Positions 18,937-29,395 of a stretch of 64,000 nt of DNA are shown piece after piece (position 1 is the first letter of the stretch; each line of letters opens with the position of its first letter). The DNA is from an uncultured virus (IMG/VR IMGVR_UViG_3300025070_000018). Lineage: Duplodnaviria > Heunggongvirae > Uroviricota > Caudoviricetes. Position numbers and translations under genes: made by a program. The stretch is from the IMG/VR virus record IMGVR_UViG_3300025070_000018; one strand, written 5' to 3'. A model generated the notes under the pieces. That model had not been told where the DNA came from. It worked only from the letters and a program-made list of their open reading frames with translations, and did no database searches.

Positions 18937-20505
18937 ATGGATAACATGACTTCAGTTAAAAACAGATATCAATCTTTGGAATTACAAAGAGAAGTATATT
19001 TAGAAAGAGCAAGAGAAAGTTCTAAACTAACAATACCTACTCTTATACCAGAAGAAAGTACAGGTTCTCATACAAGATTCTCAACTCCCTATCAAGGAAT
19101 AGGAGCAAGAGGTGTAAATAACCTTTCAGCTAAATTACTATTAGCTTTATTACCACCAAATGCTCCTTTCTTTAGATTACGTATTCAAGATTTTGTAATT
19201 AAAGAATTAGACCAAGATGAGTCTATGAAAACTGATATTGAAACTGGTCTTGGAGAAATAGAGAGAGCTATACAAACAAATATAGAAACTTCAGCAGATA
19301 GAGTAGCTATATTTGAAGCATTAAAACACCTAATAGTAGGTGGAAATGTATTATTATATGTAGCTGATAACGGCCTTAGAGTATTTCATTTAGATAGATA
19401 TGTAATTAGAAGAGACCCAATGGGTAATGTTCAAGAGATAATTACAAGAGAAACATTAAGCCCAAGAACATTAACACCAGAAGTTGCTAAATTAATAGCA
19501 GGTCAAATAACTGAAGACGAAAAGACAATAGAACTATTTACTTATGTATGTAGAAAAGGAAATAAGTTTGAAGTTTATCAAGAAGTAAAAGGTATAATTA
19601 TACCAAGTTCAAAAGGTAAATTTGATGTAGACAAAACACCTTTTATCCCGTTGAGATGGAATAGAATAGACGGTGAAGATTATGGCCGTGGTTTTGTAGA
19701 AGAGTATTTAGGAGACTTACAATCTTTAGAAGGACTAACACAAGCTATTGTAGAAGGTAGTAGTGCGTCAGCTAAAGTATTATTTATGGTTGCTCCTAAT
19801 GGTACTACAAGAGCATCTTCAATAGCTCAAAGCCCTAACGGTGCTATTATAGAAGGTTCAGCTCAAGATATTTCTGTCTTACAAGTAAATAAATTTGCAG
19901 ATTTTAGAATTGCATACGACACTATGCAACGTATTGAACAACGATTACAATATGCTTTCTTATTAAATGCTTCAGTACAAAGAAATGCTGAAAGAGTAAC
20001 AGCAGAAGAAATACGATTTATGGCTGAAGAATTAGAAGATACATTGGGTGGTACATACGCAATGTTATCTCAAGAATTTCAATTACCATTTATACAAAGA
20101 AAAATGTCTATAATGCAAAAGAATAAAGAATTACCAGAATTACCTAAGACTGTTTCACCACAAATTGTAACTGGTTTAGAAGCTCTTGGTAGAGGTAATG
20201 ATAAAAATAAATTAGTTAATTTTATACAAACATTAGGACAATTTTTAGGTGCAGAAGTGGTACAAAAATATGTCAATATAGATGATGCAATATCAAGATT
20301 AGCAACTGCTGATGGTATTGACACAAAAGGTTTAGTTAAAACTAAAGAAGAATTAATGGCTGAAGAACAACAGCAAATGATGGCTATGCAACAACAACAA
20401 GCTATGTCTAAAGGTATAGATGTTGCGGGTAATGTTGCAGGTAATGTAGACCCTAACTCGTTAGACCCACAAGCTATTGCGGAAGCTATTAATCAAGCAA
20501 CATAA
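18937..20505 (+). CDS. Portal / head-tail connector (T7 gp8-like)
   Basis: GARGVNNL, GEDYGRG, ERVTAEEIR, LEALGRG. Confidence 0.96.
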   Translation: MDNMTSVKNRYQSLELQREVYLERARESSKLTIPTLIPEESTGSHTRFSTPYQGIGARGVNNLSAKLLLALLPPNAPFFRLRIQDFVIKELDQDESMKTDIETGLGEIERAIQTNIETSADRVAIFEALKHLIVGGNVLLYVADNGLRVFHLDRYVIRRDPMGNVQEIITRETLSPRTLTPEVAKLIAGQITEDEKTIELFTYVCRKGNKFEVYQEVKGIIIPSSKGKFDVDKTPFIPLRWNRIDGEDYGRGFVEEYLGDLQSLEGLTQAIVEGSSASAKVLFMVAPNGTTRASSIAQSPNGAIIEGSAQDISVLQVNKFADFRIAYDTMQRIEQRLQYAFLLNASVQRNAERVTAEEIRFMAEELEDTLGGTYAMLSQEFQLPFIQRKMSIMQKNKELPELPKTVSPQIVTGLEALGRGNDKNKLVNFIQTLGQFLGAEVVQKYVNIDDAISRLATADGIDTKGLVKTKEELMAEEQQQMMAMQQQQAMSKGIDVAGNVAGNVDPNSLDPQAIAEAINQAT

Positions 20506-20516
20506 AGGAGAAAAGA

Positions 20517-21257
20517 ATGGTTGAAAAAGTTGTTGTAAACGACCAACAAGAATATAATCCTAGTTTAGAAGAGCAATCAGAAGCACAAGATAAACAGGAA
20601 AATCAAGCAGAGCAAAATTCTAGTGAAGATAGACCAGATTGGTTGCCAGAAAAATTTGCTAATGCTGAAGAATTAGCCAAAGCGTATGGCGAATTAGAAA
20701 AGAAAAATAGTACACCACAAGAAGACGCTTTAGAACAAAACAAAGCTGAAGTTGAAAAAGCAACAGGTTTGAGTTTAGATGAATACTATGGAGAGTTTGA
20801 ACAAAATGGTGAATTGTCAGACGATAGTTATGGAAAACTAGCACAACAAGGTTTACCAAAAGAATTGGTAGATAGTTATATTGAAGGCCAAAAAGCTATT
20901 AGCGATAATCAGACTAAAGAAATATATAGTGTGATTGGGTCAAGAGATGATTATGATAAAGTTGTTGCGTGGGCTTCTGATAATTTATCTGAAAAAGAAA
21001 TTAGTGCTTACAATCAATCTTTAGATACAGATGTAAACCAAGCTAAGTTAAGCTTACAAGGTATTTACGCAAAGTACCAAGCACAAGCAACTTCTAATGA
21101 GCCTAATTTAGTACAAGGACAAAACATATCTGGTAGAAGTGATGTATTTAATTCTACAAATGAAATAGTTACAGCTATTAATGATAAAAGATATTCTACA
21201 GATACAGCATACCGTAGAAATGTAGAAGAAAAGCTTAAGAGGTCAAACGTACTGTAA
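20517..21257 (+). CDS. Capsid scaffolding protein (gp9-like)
   Basis: Acidic; RPDWLPEKF; D.RY..D.AYR..V C-terminus. Confidence 0.88.
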   Translation: MVEKVVVNDQQEYNPSLEEQSEAQDKQENQAEQNSSEDRPDWLPEKFANAEELAKAYGELEKKNSTPQEDALEQNKAEVEKATGLSLDEYYGEFEQNGELSDDSYGKLAQQGLPKELVDSYIEGQKAISDNQTKEIYSVIGSRDDYDKVVAWASDNLSEKEISAYNQSLDTDVNQAKLSLQGIYAKYQAQATSNEPNLVQGQNISGRSDVFNSTNEIVTAINDKRYSTDTAYRRNVEEKLKRSNVL

Positions 21258-21478
21258 TGCGAGATTACAAGGCTGAGTACAATAATTACCAGTCTAAGAG
21301 TGGCCAAAAGAAAAACAGAGCTATGCGTAATAAAGCTCGAAGAATATTATCTAAACAAGGTAGAGTAAGTAAAGGTGATGGTAAAGACGTACATCACAAA
21401 GACGGAAATCCTCAAAATAATTCTTTGAAAAATTTACGTATAGCTTCTAAATCAGCCAATAGGTCAAGGAAAATATAA
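21257..21478 (+). CDS. Small HNH-motif protein
   Basis: GDGKDVHHKDGNPQNN...NLR....ANR. Confidence 0.7.
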   Translation: MRDYKAEYNNYQSKSGQKKNRAMRNKARRILSKQGRVSKGDGKDVHHKDGNPQNNSLKNLRIASKSANRSRKI

Positions 21479-21864
21479 TGTTAAATATATTGGGTGCAGT
21501 TGCACCTATGGTTAAAACTTTATTTAGTACAATAGATAAGACTATTGATAATAAAGCTGATGCAGAAAAAATGAAACAAGATATTCAACAAAAATTATTG
21601 TCTGGTCAGTTAAAAGAATTAGAAGCACAAGCTTCTATAATAACAGCAGAAGCTAAAGGTGGATGGTTACAAAGAAACTGGAGACCAATATTAATGTTAG
21701 TTTTTGCAGGATTAGTTGTAGCCCATTGGTTTGGGTTTACTGCTCCTAACATACCAGAGTCAGTACAAAACTCTTTACTTAACATAGTGTTAATTGGTGT
21801 TGGTGGGTATATCGCAGGTAGAAGCGGTGAAAAAATGATGGATAAATACAAGGAGAAAAAGTAA
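21478..21864 (+). CDS. Holin, 3TM/GTA-holin-like
   Basis: WLQRNWRP followed by TM helices and GRSGEK. Confidence 0.72.
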   Translation: MLNILGAVAPMVKTLFSTIDKTIDNKADAEKMKQDIQQKLLSGQLKELEAQASIITAEAKGGWLQRNWRPILMLVFAGLVVAHWFGFTAPNIPESVQNSLLNIVLIGVGGYIAGRSGEKMMDKYKEKK

Positions 21865-21967
21865 TGCCAAATAAAAATAATCAATATTCAAAAGCACAGA
21901 AAAAATCACCCGTGCCTATGAATACTAAATTAAAAATTAAACCTAAAAAGAAACCTAAAAAATATTA

Positions 21968-22237
21968 ATGAGTACAGAAAATAAACCTTTAAATAAAATT
22001 ATTAGAGAAAAACAAGGTAATAAAAAATTTAAAGTGTTTGTTAAAAACAAATCTTCTGGCAACATAAAAACAATTAGATTTGGAGATGCTAATATGAAAA
22101 TCCGTTCTAATAATCCAGAAGCTAAAGCGTCTTTTAATGCTAGAATGGGTGGCGTACTTGCAGAAGTAAATGGACAAAAAAATTTATCACCTGCCTACTG
22201 GTCATTAAAAGCTTGGAATAAAAACCTTAAAGTGTAA
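21968..22237 (+). CDS. Small basic conserved phage protein
   Basis: KTIRFGDANM...ASFNAR...AYWS. Confidence 0.6.
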   Translation: MSTENKPLNKIIREKQGNKKFKVFVKNKSSGNIKTIRFGDANMKIRSNNPEAKASFNARMGGVLAEVNGQKNLSPAYWSLKAWNKNLKV

Positions 22238-22378
22238 TCACCATCTCTCATAAGAGAGGTGACGCAACTTCATAAACACAAAAAACTAGAATTGCCCTAT
22301 GCGTAGGATAACTTTTTTGTATGTTATTGCAGTTTAGAAGAAGCATTAACTAATAACAACATTGAAAGGAAAAATACA

Positions 22379-23329
22379 ATGTCAAACGCAACAGTATCTT
22401 TTCTTGGTAAAACTAACAATGGTGGAACAGCTAATGACCTTTTCTTAAAAGTATTTAGCGGTGAAGTTCTTGCTAGTTTCCAAAGAGAAAACAAAATGCT
22501 TGAGATGTCTACTGTAAGAACTATTTCTTCAGGTAAGTCAGCTCAATTCCCAGTAGTGGGAAGAACTACAGCATCCTATCACACAGCAGGTAACGAAATC
22601 GTTGGTAGTGTGATTAATCATGCTGAAAAAGTGATTACTATTGATGATGTACTATTATCAAGTGCATTTATCTCATCTATTGATGATGCAAAAAATCACT
22701 ATGATGTAAGAAGTATTTACTCAAAAGAAATGGGTTCTGCTCTTGCAAAGAAAACAGACCAACACTTATTACAGTTAAGTGTACTTGGAGCTAGAGCTTC
22801 AGCTACAATTACTGGTGGTGATGGCGGTAATGTTATTACTGACGCTGATGCAAACACAAATATGACTTCATTAATTGATAGCATTTTTGAGGGAGCAGAA
22901 GACTTAGACAATAATGACGTTCCAGAAGATGACAGATATTGTGTGTTAGCTCCAGACGTTTACTATGAGCTAGTACAAAACGATAAAATCCTTAACAGAG
23001 ATTTCTCAAGTTTAAATGGTGATTTCTCAAAAGGTAAAGTGCTTGAAGTAGCAGGTATCAAGATTGTAAAATTAAATACAGCTAACACTTCATACACTGA
23101 TTTATCTGGTGCATCTACAACTGGTCAAAACAACACTTACAATGGAGACTTCTCTACAACTGTAGCAAGTATCTTCCATAAGAGTGCTGTAGGAACAGTA
23201 AAATTATTAGACCTATCTATGGAGTCAGAATATGACATTCGTAGACAAGGTACACTAATGATTGGTAAATACGCAATGGGTCACGGTATTCTAAGACCAG
23301 AAGCGTGTGTAGAAATTAAAACTGCATAA
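22379..23329 (+). CDS. Major capsid protein (T7 gp10-like)
   Basis: LFLKVFSGEV, RTISSGKSAQFP, GHGILRPE. Confidence 0.96.
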   Translation: MSNATVSFLGKTNNGGTANDLFLKVFSGEVLASFQRENKMLEMSTVRTISSGKSAQFPVVGRTTASYHTAGNEIVGSVINHAEKVITIDDVLLSSAFISSIDDAKNHYDVRSIYSKEMGSALAKKTDQHLLQLSVLGARASATITGGDGGNVITDADANTNMTSLIDSIFEGAEDLDNNDVPEDDRYCVLAPDVYYELVQNDKILNRDFSSLNGDFSKGKVLEVAGIKIVKLNTANTSYTDLSGASTTGQNNTYNGDFSTTVASIFHKSAVGTVKLLDLSMESEYDIRRQGTLMIGKYAMGHGILRPEACVEIKTA

Positions 23330-23346
23330 TCAATAAGGTAATTTAA

Positions 23347-23375
23347 AGGAGACCCTTTCGAGGGTCTTCTTTTTT
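23347..23375 (+). terminator. T-phi-like terminator after capsid gene
   Basis: AGGAGACCCT-TTCG-AGGGTCTTCT followed by a T-run. Confidence 0.9.
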
Positions 23376-23390
23376 ACAAGGATAAAATTA

Positions 23391-24017
23391 ATGAGCATAA
23401 CAACATCAACTTCAGAATTAGAAGCAGTCAATACTATTCTATCTACGATAGGAGAAGCTCCAGTTTCTTCATTAACAGGTACATTACCTGCTGAAGTAAG
23501 TGTAGCTCAAACAATATTAAATGAAGTAAATAGAGAAGTACAATCTAGAGGATGGCATTTTAATACAGAGTTAAAATATCCATTAACTAGAGATGTAAAT
23601 AATAAAATTCCTTTAGGTACTAATATAGTACGTTTAGAATTATTACCTTCTAAATATAATAAAACTACTTATGATTGCATACAAAGAGGTAATTTTTTAT
23701 ACAACAGAGTAGGTAGAACTTTTACTTTTAGTACAGACTTAGATGGTACAGTTGTCATACTGTTAGATTTTACCGATATACCAGAGACAGCTAGAAGATA
23801 TATTACTGTACGAGCTTCTAGAGTATTTTCAGATAGAATGATTGGTTCTAGTGAACTTAGAGGATTTACACAACAGGATGAGGTTATTGCTTTATCAAAT
23901 TTAAAACATGCTGAAACAATGACAGCAGACCATAATATATTTAATAATTACGATACAGCTAAAGTAATAGATAGAAACTCACCTCATAGAATAATTGATA
24001 ATAGTGAAATAAGTTAA
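23391..24017 (+). CDS. Tail tubular protein A (gp11-like)
   Basis: ELEAVN.IL..IGEAPV, GWHFNTE. Confidence 0.92.
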   Translation: MSITTSTSELEAVNTILSTIGEAPVSSLTGTLPAEVSVAQTILNEVNREVQSRGWHFNTELKYPLTRDVNNKIPLGTNIVRLELLPSKYNKTTYDCIQRGNFLYNRVGRTFTFSTDLDGTVVILLDFTDIPETARRYITVRASRVFSDRMIGSSELRGFTQQDEVIALSNLKHAETMTADHNIFNNYDTAKVIDRNSPHRIIDNSEIS

Positions 24018-24018
24018 T

Positions 24019-26373
24019 ATGCCATTAGTTAATAAATCTATACCAAATTTAATTAATGGGGTCTCTCAACAGCCAGATACATTAAGACTTAGTTCACAAG
24101 CAGAGTCACAAACCAATGGTTTTAGTTCAGTTGTAGAAGGTTTACGTAAAAGGCCACCAACAAGTTATGTAGCAAAAATATCATCAAGCAATTTAGATGG
24201 TGCATTTATTCATACTATTAATAGAGATTCAAACGAAAGATATATAGTAACTATTACCAATGGTGCTATTCAAGTTAATGCTATTGATGGTACAACTAGA
24301 ACTGTTAGTACACCAGACGGTGTTGCTTATTTATCTTCATCTAATCCTTATCAAAATTTTAGAGCATTAACTGTAGCTGATTTTACTTTTATAGTTAATA
24401 ATACAATTACCACAGCTAAAGGTACAACTACTTCACCTGCTAAAGTTCAAGAAGCAATTTATTCTATAAAACAAGCTGTAGTAAATACTAAATATTCTAT
24501 AATACTTAATGGTACTACTTATTCTACTACAACTGCATCAAGCGGTGATGATAGTAGTGATATTGTAGATAATTTAATTACAGCCATAGGTAGTGTATCA
24601 AATTTTTCTTTTACTAATTTAGGTAGTAGTATTCATATTAGAAATACAGCAGGTGCAGATTTTACAGTTAAAGCTACTGATGGTTATGGAGACCAAGCTT
24701 CACAAGTTATAAAAGATAAAGCACAAAATTTTACTGACTTACCCTCTGTAGCTGTAAATAATATGGTGGTAGAAATTACTAATACTGCTGAAAATAATTT
24801 TGATAACTATTATGTTAAATTTGAATCGGGTAATAATAATGATGAAGGTTTATGGGTAGAAACAGTAGAGCCAAATTCTAATATTAGTTTTGACGCTTCT
24901 ACTATGCCACATCAATTAGTACGTAATGCTGATGGCACATTTACTTTTCAACAAGTTACTTATGGGGATAGAGAAGTAGGAGATAGTGAAAGTGCTGAAG
25001 ACCCATCTTTTATAGGTAGTAAAATTAACGATATATTCTTTCATAGAAATAGACTTGGGTTTTTATCTTCAGAGTCAGTAGTGATGTCTAGAGCTAGTGA
25101 ATTTTTTGATTTTTATCCAGAAACCGTTACAGATGTTTTAGATACAGACCCTATTGATATAAGTGTTAGTCATACTAAAGTTTCTATCTTACGTCATGCT
25201 ATACCTTTTAATGAAGAGTTATTAGTATTTTCTGACCAAACACAATTTACTATTTCTGGTGCTAATACTATTACAGCAAAAAATGTTACGTCAAATGTAT
25301 CAACTGAATTTGATAATAATCAATTTGTAAAACCAGTTAGTGCAGGAAGACAAGTTTATTTTGCATTTAATAAAGGTGAGTTTTCTGGAATAAGAGAATA
25401 CTTTACAAATATAGATGGTGATACAAATGATGCTAATGATATTACTGACGCTGTACCAAAATATATACCAAAGAATTTACAAAAACTTGCAGTAGCATCT
25501 AACGAAAATATATTAATTGCATTAAGTAAAGATGAGCCAAATGCTTTATATGTTTATCAATATTACTATGCTAACAATGAAAAATTACAAAGTGCGTGGC
25601 ATAAATGGACTTATGGTAATACAACAGATACTAAAATATTAAATTTAGATTTTATAGAAACAACTTTATATATTTTATTACAACGGTCTGACGGTGTTTA
25701 TATAGAAAGTTTAGAAGTAGCTCCTGCTGTAGTTGATACAGGTAGTACCTATCTTACTCATTTAGATTCTAAAATTGATGAGTCTACGAGTGGTGTATCT
25801 ACATCTTATAATAGTGGTACTAACCAAACTACAATTACAATTCCTTATGCTATAGATAATACTATGCAAGTAGTTACCCGATTTGTAAGTGGTAACAGCA
25901 CTGTAGCAGGCGTAGTAATACCTACAGTAAGTCAAGTAGATGGTGGTACAAGTATTGTAGTTAATACAGATATAACAGCTAAAAAGTTTTTTATAGGAGA
26001 GAAGTATACATTTAATTATGAACTTTCTACACAATTTATAAAAACTCAAGATAGCGAAACAGGTTCTAAATCATCAATAAAAGAAGGTAGATTACAAATA
26101 CGTAACTTTACAGTTTCTTTTAACAATACAGGATTTTTTAAAACTAAAGTAACACCGTTTAGACGAGATACATCAACTGATACATTTTCTGGAGCAGTTG
26201 TAAGCTCTACAAAAGTAAATGATTTAGATTTACAAACAGGTGATTTTAAATTTTCTGTTCAATCTAAAAATGAAAATCTAAAAATAGAATTTGAAAATGA
26301 CTCTTTCTTACCTTCTAATTTTGTTAATGCGGAGTGGGAAGGATTTTTCCATCAACGAGGTAGAAATATTTAA
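24019..26373 (+). CDS. Tail tubular protein B (gp12-like)
   Basis: NLINGVSQQPD, GLRKRPP, FHRNRLGFL, QSAWHKW, AEWEG. Confidence 0.93.
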   Translation: MPLVNKSIPNLINGVSQQPDTLRLSSQAESQTNGFSSVVEGLRKRPPTSYVAKISSSNLDGAFIHTINRDSNERYIVTITNGAIQVNAIDGTTRTVSTPDGVAYLSSSNPYQNFRALTVADFTFIVNNTITTAKGTTTSPAKVQEAIYSIKQAVVNTKYSIILNGTTYSTTTASSGDDSSDIVDNLITAIGSVSNFSFTNLGSSIHIRNTAGADFTVKATDGYGDQASQVIKDKAQNFTDLPSVAVNNMVVEITNTAENNFDNYYVKFESGNNNDEGLWVETVEPNSNISFDASTMPHQLVRNADGTFTFQQVTYGDREVGDSESAEDPSFIGSKINDIFFHRNRLGFLSSESVVMSRASEFFDFYPETVTDVLDTDPIDISVSHTKVSILRHAIPFNEELLVFSDQTQFTISGANTITAKNVTSNVSTEFDNNQFVKPVSAGRQVYFAFNKGEFSGIREYFTNIDGDTNDANDITDAVPKYIPKNLQKLAVASNENILIALSKDEPNALYVYQYYYANNEKLQSAWHKWTYGNTTDTKILNLDFIETTLYILLQRSDGVYIESLEVAPAVVDTGSTYLTHLDSKIDESTSGVSTSYNSGTNQTTITIPYAIDNTMQVVTRFVSGNSTVAGVVIPTVSQVDGGTSIVVNTDITAKKFFIGEKYTFNYELSTQFIKTQDSETGSKSSIKEGRLQIRNFTVSFNNTGFFKTKVTPFRRDTSTDTFSGAVVSSTKVNDLDLQTGDFKFSVQSKNENLKIEFENDSFLPSNFVNAEWEGFFHQRGRNI

Positions 26374-26834
26374 TGCAACAATATATGAAAGTAGCAACTG
26401 AAGATGACGCTATTGCTTTAGCTAAAAAATTACGTCAAGAAGATATAGACGAAGTAAAAGCAAATAGTAATTTATCACCCGAAGAAGCTTTAGTAGTAGG
26501 TATTAAAAATTCAGAATTACCTATAGGTATTTATTATAATGATGAATGTGTTAGTATATTTGGAGTTGTACCAGTTTATAAATCTGCATTGATATGGCTT
26601 TTAGCTTCTGAAGATGCGTTTAAATATTTAAAAATACCTTTTTTAAGAAACAATAAAGAACTGGTAAATTTCTTAAATAAAAAACATACAGTTTTATATA
26701 ACTTTGTAGACGCAAGAAACAAAGTACATATTAAATGGTTGAAGTGGTTAGGCTTCATTTTTATTAACAAGATAGAAAAGTTTGGTTTTGAACAAAGACC
26801 ATTTTATGAATTTGTGAGGTTAAATAATGTGTGA
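26373..26834 (+). CDS. gp13-like internal virion protein (GNAT-like)
   Basis: LYNFVDARNKVHIKWLKWLGF. Confidence 0.8.
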   Translation: MQQYMKVATEDDAIALAKKLRQEDIDEVKANSNLSPEEALVVGIKNSELPIGIYYNDECVSIFGVVPVYKSALIWLLASEDAFKYLKIPFLRNNKELVNFLNKKHTVLYNFVDARNKVHIKWLKWLGFIFINKIEKFGFEQRPFYEFVRLNNV

Positions 26835-27381
26835 CCCTGCTACAATAGGATTAATTATTAGTGGTGCAAAAACAGCCCTTGAGCTTCAATCAGCTAAAAG
26901 TGAAGCTGATGCAAACCAAAGACAACAAGAAGAACAAAATAGAATAGCTAAAGAAGATGCTATTAATAAAATGGCACAAGAAGATTTACGTATTCGTCAA
27001 GAGAAGTTAGCATCTTTAGATAAACAAGCTGTAGTAGAAAAAGACAGAAGAAAAGCTGAAGCAACTGCTGTAGTTGAAGCAGGTGAAGGTGGTGTTTCTG
27101 GAGTGTCTGTTACAAGATTATTTACAGATTTCTTAAGACAAGAAGGTGAATACAAAAGTAGTGTCTTAAATAATTTAAATATGGAGATACAACAAAGTAT
27201 ACAAAACAAAAAATCTATATCTACTGGTCAGTCAGCTAACTCTACGTTTGTTCAAAAGTTCAATCCTATTCCTGCTTTTGCTAGTGCAGGCTTACGATTT
27301 GCAGGTGACTATAATGATTACAGAACTAAAAAATTAGAAAAAGAACAAACAAACAAAAAGGCAGGAAAGTATTATGGGTAG
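26827..27381 (+). CDS. Internal virion protein (gp14-like)
   Basis: MCDP start, AGEGGVSGVSV; synteny. Confidence 0.75.
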   Translation: MCDPATIGLIISGAKTALELQSAKSEADANQRQQEEQNRIAKEDAINKMAQEDLRIRQEKLASLDKQAVVEKDRRKAEATAVVEAGEGGVSGVSVTRLFTDFLRQEGEYKSSVLNNLNMEIQQSIQNKKSISTGQSANSTFVQKFNPIPAFASAGLRFAGDYNDYRTKKLEKEQTNKKAGKYYG

Positions 27382-29395
27382 AGCAAGCGATATACGTAAA
27401 ACTCAATTTGAAGTAGATAGAGAAATTACTAATCCAGTCGCTAGAGGATTAAATAATTTTTATGTACCTCAAGCAGAACCCGTAGTGTCACAATCACAAA
27501 GAGATTTAATAGACTCTTTAGCTTATGTTGTACCTTCATTAAACCGTTACCAAGAGAAAAAAGAAGAAATACTAACAGCAGAAGAAACAGCTAAAGGTAT
27601 AGAAGCATTTCAAAAAAATAAAATAGGTTTTAAGAAAGCGGTAGCTGATGGTCTTATACCAGAGGGTGCTAATCCACACTTTGTTATAGCTTACAATCAA
27701 ATGGAGCTAGAAGACAAAGGCCGTAAGTTTTCTAATATAATTAAACAAAAATATGCTGAACAACAAGGAGCATTACTTGAAAATACAGACCCTAATGTTG
27801 TTAATGATTTTATAAAAAATGAATTAGATGTTTTTATGAAAGATAATAATATTGATGGGTATGACTCAGAAGATATTGTTAATCATTTTTTACCTAAAGT
27901 AGATGGTGTAGAAGGTGAAATAAATAATAATGTAGCTAATGGTAGAATTGCAGTTATCCAAAACAAAGCGGAACAAAGTTACGCATCAAGTATATATGAA
28001 TTAATTACTGAAGGATTTAATATAGATGCTGATAATATTGAAGAGCTTATTGGTGATAAAATTAATGGTGAAATATTAAAATACTCAGATGTTAAAACTA
28101 CTTCATCACTTAATAAGATAGCAGTAGAAACTATTATAACTCATGCAAAAGATAATTTAGATATAGAAACTTTAGAAATTATAGGTAGTGTCAAAACTCA
28201 AGGTGGTAAAACTTTAGCTGATATACCAGAGTACAAAGACTTAATTAATACAGCAGAGCAACAAATATATGCTGAATTAAAAGAGATTGACGCATTTAAA
28301 AGAAATTATGATGACAACAAAAGAAAAGATAAATATAGAGAAGACACAAAGAATTTTAGTGGATTTTTAACTAATCCTACAAAAGATGGTGAAGCAATAA
28401 AATTTATTGATTTAACACCAAGAGATATTGAAGATTATTTAGAACAAAATAATATTACTGAACCACAGACTAAAAGAGATATTCGTAGTCTTTATAGTAA
28501 CAAACTACAATTTTTAAATAATATTGCTGAAGATGTAAATGTAATCAATGATATTAATGAGTTAATATTTCTAGACCCTTTTAATCCAGAAATAGAAAAC
28601 TTAATCAGACAAGCCGTAGAAAATAACGATATTACTAGCGAAAAAGCTATAGGCTATTCTGAAATTATAGAAACACAAAAAGCAGGCTCAAGAAGTATAT
28701 TTGTAAGTAATCCTTTAGTAAATGACTTAGAAAATAGCGGTGTAAGATTAATACAAAAAGGTGAGTTCGCTAGTAAAACTGAAATTGCAATAGTATCAAA
28801 TAGATTTACTTCATCTTTTACTACAAGTGTTAGAACTATTGCTAGTGAAGTAGAAGCGGACACAAGTATAGCTCCTGCTAACAAAGAATTTGAATTTGAA
28901 AAAAGAGTAAGAGCAAGATACGAAGAGCTTCTAAAAATATATACTTTACCCGCTGTACCATCTAGTGATGAAGTTATAGAAGAAGCTACAATGGAAGCTG
29001 ATGACCCAGATAAGTTTCAAATTAAAACAGATTTTGATAATAAAACACAAAAAATACAAGACTTAAGAAATGACCTTAAGGCATTACAAACTAACCTTTC
29101 TAAAGTACAAGAAGAGAGCCAAGCTAAAATAGATAAATACATAAAGAAAAAACAAAAAGCTCAAGATAAACTTACAAAAAGCGAAGAGAAACTAGCTAAT
29201 GCTAAAAGTGAACCAATGAAAAAGACTTATCAAGGCCGTATAGATGATTTTAATGAAGACATTGTAGAGTATGATGAAATTATTAATGAAGCACAGTCTA
29301 AAATAGATAATTTAAAATCAAACATTACTGATAAGTTAAATGAAGTAACAGCACTTAATACTGAAATAAATAATTTAAAGGAACAGTTAAAATAA
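27374..29395 (+). CDS. Internal virion protein (gp15-like)
   Basis: Size and synteny; helical with C-terminal coiled coil. Confidence 0.65.
   Translation: MGRASDIRKTQFEVDREITNPVARGLNNFYVPQAEPVVSQSQRDLIDSLAYVVPSLNRYQEKKEEILTAEETAKGIEAFQKNKIGFKKAVADGLIPEGANPHFVIAYNQMELEDKGRKFSNIIKQKYAEQQGALLENTDPNVVNDFIKNELDVFMKDNNIDGYDSEDIVNHFLPKVDGVEGEINNNVANGRIAVIQNKAEQSYASSIYELITEGFNIDADNIEELIGDKINGEILKYSDVKTTSSLNKIAVETIITHAKDNLDIETLEIIGSVKTQGGKTLADIPEYKDLINTAEQQIYAELKEIDAFKRNYDDNKRKDKYREDTKNFSGFLTNPTKDGEAIKFIDLTPRDIEDYLEQNNITEPQTKRDIRSLYSNKLQFLNNIAEDVNVINDINELIFLDPFNPEIENLIRQAVENNDITSEKAIGYSEIIETQKAGSRSIFVSNPLVNDLENSGVRLIQKGEFASKTEIAIVSNRFTSSFTTSVRTIASEVEADTSIAPANKEFEFEKRVRARYEELLKIYTLPAVPSSDEVIEEATMEADDPDKFQIKTDFDNKTQKIQDLRNDLKALQTNLSKVQEESQAKIDKYIKKKQKAQDKLTKSEEKLANAKSEPMKKTYQGRIDDFNEDIVEYDEIINEAQSKIDNLKSNITDKLNEVTALNTEINNLKEQLK

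Noticed and set aside
23300..23390. T7 10B-type frameshift extension of the capsid
   Set aside because: Terminator follows within 20 nt and there is no extended alternative frame
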